Assembly: GCA_035221665.1 (NCBI GenBank)
Contig: CM069151.1
Span: 39,618,001-39,682,000 of the forward strand
Direction of reading: 5' to 3'
Source: Okamejei kenojei
Taxonomy: Eukaryota
Length of the DNA: 64,000 nt
The notes beneath the pieces were generated by a model that saw only the letters and a list, made by a program, of their open reading frames with translations, was not told the origin of the DNA and ran no database searches. Within the stretch, counting starts at the first letter, position 1. Every line of letters begins with the position of its first letter. Of the stretch, positions 25,975 through 38,000 are shown one piece after another. The position numbers were made by a program, and so were the translations under genes.

Positions 25975-26490
25975 TTTTAGGAATCCTGCACCACCACTCT
26001 CAAGTCCCTTTGCACCTTCGATTCCTGGATTCTCCCCCCATTTAAAAAATAGTCTACGCCTTTATTCCTACTACCAAAATGCATGCCTGCACAATTTGCT
26101 ACACTATATTCCATGTGCCACTTCTCTGCCCACTCTCCCAACCTGTCCAAGTCTTTCTGCAGAGTCCCTGCTTTCTCCACACTACCTGCCCCTTCACCTA
26201 TTTTGGCATAATCCGTAAACTTGGCCACAAAGCCTTTAATCCCCTCATCCAAATCATTAATGTACATCGTGAAGAGTAACGGCCTCAGCATCGACCCCTG
26301 CAGAACTCCACCAGTCACTGGCGGCCAACCAGAAAAAGACCCCTTTATTGCCAGCCTTTGCCTTTTGTCATCCAGCCAACCTGCAGTCCATTCTAGTATC
26401 TGCCCTTTGATACCATGGGCTCTCATCTTGCTTAGCAGTTTCACGTGTGGCACCTTATCAAAAGCTTTCTGAAAATTTAGTTAAGCAACA
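25975..26490 (-). mobile_element. CR1 RT fragment
   Basis: GVLQGSMLRPLLFTMYINDLDEG, KFTDYAKIG and LQKDLDRLGEWAEKW motifs. Confidence 0.85.
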
Positions 26491-26827
26491 TATACTGATG
26501 GTACTAAAGGTGGTATGGTTCCTAGGAACTGGGATGTTTGAGGGGCAGCAGGATGGTGATTGGGTCTTGTAATTAAGACCGGGGAGCAAGATGTTTATGC
26601 AGATGGGTAGGAGCCCCACTATCATCTTCTGAACATGTGTTTGAGGGAATGCTCACATTATTTGCACAATAGCAAGTGGCAACAACAGCAAGATGAATCA
26701 CCACCTACGTACGTTTCCTGGCCTCCAAACAGATCATATAATTGAAGACCAATTTCTGCTTCACCTATTACATGTCCTCTCGAGGTTATGATAGGATTCT
26801 ATTCTTAAGAATCTGAGCAAGTGCCCA

Positions 26828-27097
26828 CCGAATCCGCACCGACCAGCGATCCCCACACATTAACACTATCCTACACACAGTAGGGAAAATTTTACATTTA
26901 CACCAAGCCAATTAATCTACATACCTGTACGTCTTTGGAGTGCGGGAGGAAACCGAGGATCTCGGAGAAAACCCATGCGGTCATGGGGAGAATGTACAAA
27001 CTCCGTACAGACAGCACCCGTAGTCAGGATCGAACCCAGGTCTCCGGCTGCCAACTCTGTAAGGCAGCAACTCTACCGCTGTACCACCGTGGCCGCC
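26828..27097 (-). mobile_element. tRNA-derived SINE (HE1/V-SINE-like)
   Basis: Minus-strand head ggcggccacggtggtacagcggtagagttgctgcctta with a B-box-like gggttcgatcc. Related copies at 5701-5910 (+) and 28330-28650 (+). Confidence 0.75.
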
Positions 27098-28329
27098 CAT
27101 TAAGTGCATATAATGGATGGCCATGTTGTCCACAATTAGTGATAATTTTGCTTTTGTTGTTTTGTTTAAAAAATGCTGGCATTTTTACAACTTTAAAAGC
27201 TAGGTCTGAACCGCAAGTAAACTTTCCCCAATCAGCTTCTCTTTCTACAAAGTTAAAGGTTGTACCTTGTTCCATCACAGATGCGTGTAGAATCTCTATA
27301 ATATTGACATTTCCAGGCATCACTAAAGGGGTAAATTAATTTTGAAGACGAGGCCTGATTTTCCAATCATTTAATCCCAATAAACTGCCATAAAAATAAA
27401 TAAAGCTGAAATTTTAAAGGCCAAATTCAATTGCCCACATAAACAGATTTAAATTTCTCAGGTGACGCTGGGGATTCAGGGCTTTTTATGCCTGCCATTT
27501 TGTGGGTTGATTTTACTGCTACCTAATATCAGGCTGCATCGCTTAAAGTGGAGATACATTTTCATTGGCAGGCAGTGTTAGCAAATATACTGTGTTGCAA
27601 AATATTCTGTGGCCACACACTTGTGGTTAAGATCACCAGATACATCTTATCAGCTTCATCACTAGCCTCCCTGTCCCTTAACGTATCATCATTGTCTATG
27701 AATCAGGACACACATTTCAAATTCAAATTTCGAATTAGGATATAAATACAACATTGAGGCAGGAAATAACAACTGGTCAAAAATTATATATAAATAAACC
27801 TAGATTGGAGTTGTAAGCAGACAATGGAACAGCTAACAGCTTATTCCCATTTTAGGGCAAACAAAGTGAATGTTATAATGCATGAGTTAGATATATGAAA
27901 AATTCATTTCCTTGATACGTATCCTTTGCGAAGGATAATAAAGCATCACATCGGAATTAGACTGAATTGACCTACTTCAGAAAACAAAACTCTGCAAGTC
28001 CAGCAACAACTGTGAAAAAGAAACCAGTAAATGGTTTGGGGCAGGAACTCTTCCGAGGACGATGGTGTTTTGACTGACCAGTTCTTCCAGCATTTTGATC
28101 CACATCAGATGTGATTGGAATGTAATGCCATAAAACTCTTTTTGATGTAATTTGAAAGAATGTAATCGGTGAGCCAATCAACTATTCTTTTGAACTATTT
28201 CATACCTTATACTTCAATTCTCCTTTTTCCTTCGGAAAGCACTATGGGATATCTATTACAAAATTTATTCTGCCACTCTTATGCAAAGAATTATCACAAC
28301 AATTGTTCACCAGTTCATTGGGTGAAGTC

Positions 28330-28650
28330 GGGTGGTGCATCGAAAGAATTGCAGCCTTATAGCACCAGAGACCCGGTTTTGATCCTGACCACAGGTGCTG
28401 TCTTTGCAGAGTTTGTGTGTTCTCTCTGTGACTCTGTGACTCTTTGTACGTTCTCTATTTGATTGAAATGTTGATGAAAGTTTCGCAGGTTTCCTCCCAC
28501 ATTCTAAAGATGTGCAGGTTTGTAGCTTAATTGGCTTCTGTAAATTGTCCATAGTGTGAAGGATTAAACTAGTGTATGAGTGGTTGTTGGCCGGCGTGGA
28601 TTTGGTGGGTCAAAGGGCCTGTTTCCACACTGTATCTCTAAACTAAATTA
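28330..28650 (+). mobile_element. tRNA-derived SINE (HE1/V-SINE-like)
   Basis: agagacccggttttgatcctgacc...gagtttgtgtgttctc core and tail gggcctgtttccacactgtatctctaaactaaa. Confidence 0.7.
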
Positions 28651-28867
28651 AAACTGAACACTAGGAACAAGGAGGAAAAAACTACAGTGCAAAGTTCATG
28701 CAAAGTGCTACTCTAAATCTCTGGTGAGATCTTTCTTCAAAATTATTCCATTGTACCTCACAGCTTTTCTGTGGAAGCATGATTGAATCAACAGTTACTG
28801 GCGTACAAGTTATGTTAGTCTAATGTAAACTTTCAGAGTCTGGTTGTCTTTTCTGGGGGACAATTTG

Positions 28868-29195
28868 CATGATTGCATCCTTGTCGTGGTCATGATTGTA
28901 GGATTGCATCCTTGTCGTGGTCGGGGAGCTTGTGTGTCTCAGTGACCCCTAGAGCTATGCCAGCGGGACATTCGTCTCCTGATAGGGTCTCCCATGCTGG
29001 ACAGGTCGAAGGGTAGAGGCAAGACGAAGAGCGATCCACTGGTCCTCCAGGTTGGAGGTTAAGCACATGGCTAACACCCCGTCTCGTAAAACAAATATAT
29101 TACGGAAACAGCAACTGAAGGAATCAACAGGAGTGGAGGACCTTTGTTGCGGCCCTACATGCCAGGAGGTATAATAGGCAGTAAGTAAGTAAGTT
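28868..29195 (+). mobile_element. RTE-derived non-autonomous element (RTE-like 5' end fused to a 3' end with (GTAA)n tail)
   Basis: ccttgtcgtggtcggggagcttgtgtgtctcagtgaccc head (partly duplicated), tggtcctccaggttgg, and tail ggcagtaagtaagtaa. Confidence 0.55.
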
Positions 29196-29434
29196 GGCAT
29201 GGCACTAGTTTAAATCGTATGAGCTTATCTGAACAAAAAAATTCTGCATGTAAAGATCAACCCACAAACTTGTATATGTGAAATTCTGAATCCCCCTCAT
29301 TAATTGGTATGTTTAAATATTACATTTTCAATTATGCTGCATTGAAAAATGCAAATATTTTTCATGCAACTTTGCTTAAAAAGTTACCAGTTTAGCCACA
29401 CTAAACGTTTCTTTAGCATTCTCAATCTATATTT

Positions 29435-29516
29435 TGTGGTAAAGATCAGAGTCGTGACGTACAAAAATTATACCAATCACATGTGCCCATTGCCTTTGTA
29501 TAAAAGCCAAGAGGAA
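29435..29516 (+). promoter_or_regulatory. Putative proximal promoter of the IgSF receptor gene
   Basis: Ordered motifs upstream of the leader ATG: TGTGGT (RUNX-like, 29435-40), TGACGT (CRE-like, 29455-60), CCAAT (29473-77), TATAAAA (29499-505), GAGGAA (ETS/PU.1-like, 29511-16). Confidence 0.55.
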
Positions 29517-29678
29517 TTAGTGGTCTAACAAAACTTGCAACCATTAGACTCGTATGCCTTCACACATTGTATCTTTGTATGTAAAGAAATGGATCATCTG
29601 ATGTTTTACAAGAAATAATAGGGTGAGCTGCGCTGTGGTTGCTGAGAGTTTCATGGTCCAGTTGGTGATTACGGTGAC

Positions 29679-29727
29679 ATGGAGACATCATTTTACATTA
29701 TCCTACAGCTGTTAATACCTTTTGCAG
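29679..29727 (+). CDS. IgSF V-C1 inhibitory receptor, exon 1 (leader: METSFYIILQLLIPFA)
   Basis: ATG in strong Kozak context (gacATGG), short hydrophobic peptide, and a phase-1 donor GCAG|gtatga typical of Ig leader exons. TATA box lies ~175 nt upstream. Confidence 0.8.
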
Positions 29728-31092
29728 GTATGACACCCAAGTGTAATACTTTATACAGAATTTGATTTCACCAAGCGAATGGAGATTGCTGATGTTGGAA
29801 TGTAGAATTTTAAAAAAGAGTGCTGAAAAAACGGTGATCAAGCAGCATCTCTGAAGGCAAAAAGTGCAAGTCAATATTTCATGATTAAATTCTAAATCAG
29901 TCCTGATCAGGAGCTCGAACCAAAACATTGACCTACACGTTTTCATAGTCATACGGTGTGGAAACAGGCCCTTTGGCCCAATTTGCTCACGCTGACTGCA
30001 CTAGTCCCAACTGCCTGCATTTGGCCCATATCCTTCTAAACCTATCCTATTCATGTACCTGTCCAAATGATTTTTTTTTAATATTGTGAATGTACCATTT
30101 ATTTTGCCTTCACAAATGCTGTTTGATCCACTGACTTCTTCCAACGTTGTGTTCTTTAATTTTATCAAATTTGGATAGGCATTAAGTTCATACTATTTGT
30201 TGTCAACTGCATGGAATGTAACAGTTAAAGTGAATGATTGCAATATTGATGTGATTCCACTTTTGTTTTGTGCATTTTGTGTTGAATTTACTTGATGAAA
30301 TTGAAATGGGTTAGCAACGCTCAATGTTTGGTATTACTTTCTTTTCAAACCATCTTAAATGTTCGCAATTATGTTTTTGTTTTCCTAAGTTGAAATGACT
30401 AATATATATTGACACTTTTAAATTTCATGGTGTGGCATGCCACAGCCATTTGAGCTTTTAAACTTAAAGAGCATTTTAAACTTAAAGAGCATTAGTTTAA
30501 ACTTTCCAAAATTTTCAGTTTAATTCAGAAATGAGGTATTCCATGTAAACATGATCCCCTGGTGTTGAGACCTGTCCTGCATTTATCCTTTGTATACCTC
30601 ATAGGTCCTATATTGCTTGATTTGTTCATTTGTTTCTATCTGGTGACATTTTGTTAAAATATCATAATAGTCTTAGTTCATAAAATGGCTACAGCTGGCA
30701 TTATTTTCCATTCCATGCCTTATTGTGTTGTTACATGGTACCTAATGGATTTGTTTTGTGAAGTACTGTTCTTGCAGCGGAGATAGAATATATCTTGAAA
30801 GCAATTCTGTTCTATGGTATTTGAATGTTTAAGATTCCTCTGTTTACATTTTAAAAACTTGCAGGAGCAGTGTTAAAATTGTACTCCAATTACAGCTGCA
30901 AATGTACTAATATGAAGTGTTAACCTATGAAGTTTCTCTACTTAACCAAATAAATTTAATGTGTTAACCACTCATATGGAAATCGCAGAGGAGGTTCAAA
31001 CAAGCAGTTACATTTATTACAATTATTACCCCGTGGAACATTAACTTTGAAATACGGCATTTTAATTACTTTTTCTGAATCTCTTTCCTCAG

Positions 31093-31452
31093 CTGTACGC
31101 AAGATAAATAATGATTTACAACAACCTGATACCCTTACCATCGCAAAAGGACACTCGATCTCATTACATTGTTCCTATTCCATGCATAATCTATCAAGAT
31201 TTACAGTAAAGTGGTTTTTATGCAATGATAGCCAATATTCTTCAATGATAATTGCAAACCTATCTACCGACAAACCTTGCATTTCTCATTCTCGATATTG
31301 CGTAAGACATAATTCTACATTGAAGGCATTCATCTTAACAATTATCGATGTTCAAGTCAGTGACAATGGTATCTACTGCTGTGAGGTGATTCGGTTGGGA
31401 CCACCGCCAACTTTGGTGTTCCAGGGAAGTGGCACCCTGCTGAATGTAACTG
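31093..31452 (+). CDS. IgSF V-C1 receptor, exon 2 (V-set domain, germline-joined VJ type)
   Basis: Acceptor ctctttcctcag|, donor ACTG|gtaatt, phase 1/1, 360 nt. Protein has LQQP, SISLHCSY, VKW, LTIIDVQVSDNGIYCC and GPPPTLVFQGSGTLLNVT, i.e. canonical Cys, Trp, DxGxYxC and a J-like GxGTxLxV strand. Confidence 0.93.
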
Positions 31453-33744
31453 GTAATTATTGTTTTAATTCTTTGTACAGTTTTTTGGCAGTTTTACTTG
31501 GAAAATTAATGCAAAATTTTGCAGCAATTAACTTTGTACAGTTGTGTCAGTTATATGAGAGATGTGTCAGACATGATCATCGCACTGCGGTGAGTTAGCT
31601 GATCTAAATCAGCATGGAATTCTTCATTTGCCCTTAGTGGTCCAGAAAAGGAAGGCTTAGAGTCCGCAAATGCACATTTTTGGCAGGTTGAACCTACTTT
31701 TGAGATAATTGTATAAAAACAGGAAACACTGAATATAGCCGGACAGGCAGTCTGTAGAAAAGGAAACAGAATGAATATTTCAAATCTTTGTCCTTTGTCA
31801 GAAGAAGGAAAAATTTGAAAGAAAAAAAGTTGTAAGTTGCAATTATGGGAAGGAGTACAACATATGAAAAAAAACTGTGAGGAAAGTTCCAGCTAAGAAA
31901 TCAATCATTATTACTAATCCATGCCCAATATTGGAATCCCTTACTTAAAATTGGGAGCAATTGGACCAAAATATTGCTTGAATTCTTTTTTTACCTAAAT
32001 GTAGTTCACATTTCTCAATTTGTGCTACTGAAGCTTGTTTGTCTATGAATGTGAAATTAACTACCACAAATTAAAACAGTGTATACAATTCAATTGGCTG
32101 TGCCTTTAATTTTGCATAGCATTAAAGTTATTGCAACAAATGTTTTGATATTTGAGTAATGGACTGCAATGAAAATATTTTACATGTAAATTACTTTTAT
32201 GTGTCTGTTTATGTAAAAATGGAAGGTAGCATGATTATCGATTTCAATGATATCTATCTATGCTTCCAAATGATATTTATCTTATTAAGGATTTGATTTT
32301 ATTCACTGTTGTGAGAAATAAAGGATGTTTAACAATCTTAATCAAAAGGCACAAATATAGGACAAGTATATCAGTCATGCCTGTTCTTACAGCAGAAGAG
32401 TGGTCTGAATTAGACATGAGGCCAAATGTGTTTCAAATGGACAGTGTAGTTGTGCTTGATCTAGATTGACTGTGAGATCCTTTCAAGTTAATTTATCAGC
32501 AAAGACAGGAAGCACAGTAGAATCAGGCGTAGTCAAGGCTTATAGCCAAATCAGACAGAATCCTAGTTTATGATGCTGTTTTATAAGAGACAGGAATTTA
32601 ATTGACACAACAAACACATCATGGTTACAAAATAGACACAAAATGTTGGAGTAACTCAGCAGGACAGGCAGCAACTCCGGAGAAAAGGAATGGTTGACGT
32701 TTCGGGTCGAAACCCGACTACTCGACCCGAAACGTCACCCAAAGTCCTTCTCGCCAGAGATGCTGCCTGGCCGCTGAGTTACTCCAGCTTTATGTGTTTA
32801 TCTTTGGTTTAAACCAGCATCTGCAGTTCCTTCTTACATGTGCCTACAAAATATTTTGCTTTAAATTTACAGCACAGCTGAGACCTTTTGTCCCCTGCAT
32901 AAAAGCTATGTTTTATTTATGCTGTACATTTTGCACATACCATCATGATTGACAAGCATCGGATTTTTTTGCATTTTGCTGCCGAATGTATAAATTGTGT
33001 CATTATTTAATTGGTACTTTATTGTCTCAATTATGGTATGTGCTTAATGGTCAATTCTATACTGCTTATGGATCAGATTTGAAAATAACAGAAGAGAAAA
33101 GAGAATCTTTATGAACAAAACAGTCAATTTTCCTGATTAAGATCTACAAAAATCCAACTGGCTCATTTATGACAAGAGAAAATAAAAGTAGATTTGCATC
33201 TATTGAAAGCTGCAGCAAACACATATTCCTTGAAGATAAACAAATAAGTAACTAATTCAGTTCATCCCAGATTAACCATTAGATGCATTGATATTGACAA
33301 CTAGATTGTTGTATTAAATGACACCTCTTATGTGGAGTGAGATAGCATTTAGGATTTGGTTGTTGGTTTTGTGTGAGAACATAGTGGTTAACTTACTCAT
33401 TCAATTGACATCGATGGAAGAGAAAATTTGAAAAGGCTGATACAACCAAAGCAAGAGGCCAAGAAAGATCGTGGAACAGCGTAGTCAACATGATCTAGAC
33501 CCACAGACAGAGAAGGCCAATTAAAATAAAAGTGAATGTGTAAAACAAAAAATAAGCACATGGCTGTATACAAAGGTCTGAAGAAGGGTCTCGACCTGAA
33601 AAATCACCCATTCCTTCTCTCCAGAGATGCTGCCTGTCCCGCTGAGTTACACCAGCATTTTGTGTCTGCAAAGTATTCGGGTTAGGCTGGAAATATGTGA
33701 AAGTGGCTAGTTATATGTCAGTCCTTACAGGATTGAAACAATCG

Positions 33745-34150
33745 AAACATAGAAAATTGGTGCAGGAGTAGGCCATTCGGCCCTTCGAGCCTGCACCGCC
33801 CTTCAATATGATCATGGCTGATCATCCAACTCAGTATCCTGTACCTGCCTTCTCTCCATACCCCCTGATCCCTTTAGCCACAAGGGCCACATCTAACTCC
33901 CTCTTCAATATAGCCAAAGAACTGGACTCAGCTACCTTCTGTGGCAGAGAATTCCACAGACTCACCACTCTCTGTGTGAAAAAAGATCATCTCATCTCTG
34001 TCCTAAAAGACTTCCCCCTTATCCTTAAACTGTGATCCCTTGTCCTGGACTTCCCCAACATCGGGAACAATCTTCCTGCATCTAGCATGTTCAACCCCTT
34101 AAGAATTTTGTAAGTCTCTATAAGACCCCTCAATCTTCTAAATTCTAGTA
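33745..34150 (-). mobile_element. Young CR1 3' end
   Basis: Near-identical to 50080-50457 (inverted) and 63725-63880; gaaacata-type tail. Confidence 0.85.
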
Positions 34151-34437
34151 AGAATAGTGGGAATAGGATGGCTGAGATGGGGATGAATGCTTTAGAATGA
34201 GGAAATAATTATAATTATGTATAATTATACAGCTCCATATATATTTGTAGATTAAGCAAACAGAAAATATTCAGGTGTTCAGTCTGCATATAAAGATCAT
34301 AATTGATTTCAAGAAATGTATATTTATAATTAGTACTGTTCATGTAATTAAATATGAACCTGTTTCAGTACCTTTGTAATTTGGATACATTTGAAGAATG
34401 ATACCATTGCTAATCTATCTCTTTTTTTTATAACCAG

Positions 34438-34752
34438 CTTGTCCTTCTTTGTGGCTCCCGGAATCTTACGACAAGATTTCTTCTTCACCATCAATTATAA
34501 TTACATGCTTAGCATATGGGTTTTATCCAAATATTATAAAATTTTGGATACAACCAACCTGTCTCACCTACAGGCTCATCAGTACAAGCAACCCAACTAA
34601 TCCCAATGGAACCTATAACTACACTGAAACGTTTAGCATCTCCACAGAAAATTGCTCCACCTCCTCTGAATTCACGTGTATAGTTCAACATCCAGCATCA
34701 CAGACCGAGCTAAATGGTACTATCATCATTGATGTTCATACAGTTGCTCAAG
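34438..34752 (+). CDS. IgSF V-C1 receptor, exon 3 (C1-set domain)
   Basis: Acceptor ctttttttataaccag|, donor CAAG|gtagga, phase 1/1, 315 nt. Motifs ITCLAYGFYPNII, NPNGTY and FTCIVQHPA match the C1-set signatures CxxxGFYP, NxDGTY and [FY]xCxVxH. Confidence 0.92.
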
Positions 34753-35064
34753 GTAGGATGGAATCATAGAATCAATTCAGCAGGAAGGCCAGTGAAGCCC
34801 TTGCTGGAATGTGTTGTAACATAAATGTTTTACTGGATATAAAGAAAGTGTGATAGATATAAAGAAGGCCAAATTTACTTATTTTGTTAACCAAACCAAT
34901 CTCACTTTATAATGTTACCTTAGTAACAGGCACACCTTATTTTTCTGGCTAGCTAATTGTTGTTTTCCATTTGAATTACTTCCTTGTCACACAATCTCCG
35001 CTCATCCTGATTTATGACACCCTGAGGGGAGGCACAGTTTTATTTCCTGATATCAAGAGTGCCG

Positions 35065-38000
35065 GTCTCTCCAAGAGCCCGCGCCAGCAGCACCTACGGG
35101 GCTGTGAAGTATTTTCCTCCAGGTCGAGGAAAGTATACCGGGTCAGATGGAATCTGACGCCGACTCACAGGGGTCAGCAATAGAGGCTGCCCCTCGGGAC
35201 GAGCGGCAAGCGCCAGAGGTCCCATTCCTGGCGGCCAGGTTTGCCATCCCTACAGACTCTGGCAGCCGTTTGGAGAGGAGCTGGCTGCCAGCATAAATTA
35301 CCTGGCTTCCCGCCTGCTCCAGGAGCTGTCTATGGACACTACTGCCAAAAAGTATGAGACCCCCGACAACTGTATCCTGCTGAAGTTAATCATGCCATTT
35401 GGGGTCATATGGGGGCAAGAATCCAAACGCAGGAGATTAAACTGCAGCGGGTGCTCAAGCTCTTGGCGTCTGGATTAATGGCTTTTGGTAGGTCGGTGGA
35501 TGGTGGACTCCTGACTGATGTTCAGCAGGATGCCCTAGCTCTTATGTGCAATGTGCACTTTGAGATTAATTGTCTCAGAAAAAGTGCCATACACCCCACC
35601 ATTAATCCCAGGTTTGCTGCCTTATGCAAGCCTTGCACCGTCCAGCCTCCGAATCTATTATTTGGAGAAGACCTGGCCAAAAGGGTAAAGGAGTGGGACG
35701 ACGACGCCTAGACCGTTGGGCTTATCAAGGCGCCAGTAACCAACAGAACTCTCCGACGGCAATACCCCTATAAGCGGTTTGCGGAAACCGGGGCTGGGCA
35801 AGGACCAAGCCGACCATTTAATGCACGCAACTGGCGCTCCCCAGCAGGAGCAAGAGGAAACATGCCTTTACAACCCAGGACCAGGCAAAGAGCACCGGTA
35901 ACCATGGATGTAGGTCAGTCTGGCTCCTGTCGAAACGTATTGCGAGAGAATTGCCTGCCAGTTGGAGGGAGGTCACACAGCTTTCTGGGAGAATGGTGTA
36001 AAATAGCCTTGAATGTGTTTATACTGCAGAGTATTCAAGGCTTTAAAATTTAATTTATTCCTACCCTGTGTCCACCCACCCAGCACAAACCAAAACGGGT
36101 ACTCATCTTCTCACAAAAAGAGAATTTGATGATACAAGCTGAAATAGCAAAACTATGCCTCAAGGGAGTAATTGAGAAAACAGTCTATCAAACTCACCAA
36201 TTTGTGTCTAATGTGTTCCCTAGACCAAAGAAGGATGGTGGGTGTAGAATGATATTGGATTTAACAGGACTTAATCTGTTTGTGCAGTATAAACATTTTA
36301 AAATGGAAATGTTTGTTACTGCCAAGCATTTGTTTTCCAGGGAGCGTTATATGGCATGTATAGATCTCCAAAATGCGTATTATTCAGTGCCTGGTCATAA
36401 AGACTATCGCAGATATTTGAAATTTAACTAGATGGGACAACTGTGGCAGTTCGAGCTCTACCTAATGGGTTAACCTCAGCCCCTCGCCTATTTACTAAAT
36501 TTCTAAAACCAGTACTTGGGTTATTACGATCACAAGGCCATATAATCATGGCCTATTTTGATGATGTTCTAATAATTGGAAACACCTTTGATGAAGCTGA
36601 ATTATCAGTCTCAGCTGTTCAAGTCATGGTGCAGAAGCTAGGTTTCATTGTCCACCCAGTTAAATCGAAATTGGTGCCTGTTAACATAATTGACTTTCTG
36701 GGTTTCACAGTTGATTCGAATCACATGTCTGTAACTCTGCCCTAGGGCAAGAGAGTAGATTTAATTGAAGGCTGTATCAACCTCTTAAAGGGAAAATCAC
36801 CTTCAATTAAACAGGTTGCGAGCTTAATTGGTAAATTGGTAGCAGCCTTTCCAGCAGCCCAGTATGGACCTTTGCATTATCAGCATTTGCAGACAGCAAA
36901 GGTATAGGCACTGAGAATACAAGCAAACCATTACAATCGGCCCATGCACTTACTGTCTGAAGCCATCGCAGAGATACAGTGGTGGATTAGAAACATATAA
37001 AATTGTATGGCACAATTTTGACAGAAGCACCATCACTTATTTTACAGACTGATGTCAGTGCCCTAGGTTGGGGTGCTACTGATACCAGATCTAGTTGTGG
37101 AGGCAGATGGGATATGCATGATTCTCCAATCACATGGAATTAATTATTTAGAACTGTTAGGAGCGTTCTATGGGCTCAAAGCTTATTGTACCACTAAGCA
37201 TCACTTACATGTTCAGTTGCAGATTGACAACACTACGGCAGTGGCGTATGTCAATCATATGGGTGGAATCAAGTCAAAATCATGTGATGGATTGGCTAAC
37301 ACTATTTGGCACTGGTGCATAAAAAATAATATTTGGATTTCAGCTGTCTACTTGCCAGGCAGACTCAATATGGTGGCAGACACCAGGACACGCAAATTCA
37401 ACAACAATACCGAGTGGATGTTGAATCGTGAAGTATTTGGTGAAATTGTCCTTCGGTATGGGATGCCAGATATCGACTTGTTTGCATCCAGACTTAATCA
37501 CCAGGTACTGAAGTATGTTTCATGGGAACCAGACCCTGGGGCAGTGGCAGTAAATGCATTCTCACTGCACTGGGGTGGAATGTTTTTATATGTTTTTCCA
37601 CCTTTCTGCCTCATCAGCCGGTGCCTGACTAAGACCAAGCAGGACACCGCAACATGGGTTCTGGTAGTGCCCAACTGGCCTACACAGCCATGGTTCCCGC
37701 TCATTTCGGAAATAACTATGCACTCTATTGTGCTGGTTCCAAAACGTGTACATTTATTGGTACACCCTGTGACTGGGGACCCACACCCATTGAATGATCA
37801 TGTAAATTTGTTGTTTTGCAGATTTTAAAAAGGCCGTACCTGGGCCTGGGACTGTCCAATCAGACTGTGGATACCATCACATCATCCTGGAGGAATAGCA
37901 CAAAAAGGCAAAAAGGCCTCTCCCATATCAGGAAATGGGAGGAATTTTGCTTACATGGGAACATCACATCACACGGCCTCCATCCCAGATGTGCTAGAAT

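Noticed and set aside
31047-31598. 183-aa single-exon ORF as a complete protein
   Set aside because: It runs through the splice sites at 31093 and 31452; the flanking residues are intronic. The same applies to ORF 34449-34769.
31093-34752. Rearranging TCR or Ig light-chain locus
   Set aside because: V and J-like strand are in one exon, no RSS was seen, the TM is uncharged, and the tail is long with inhibitory motifs.
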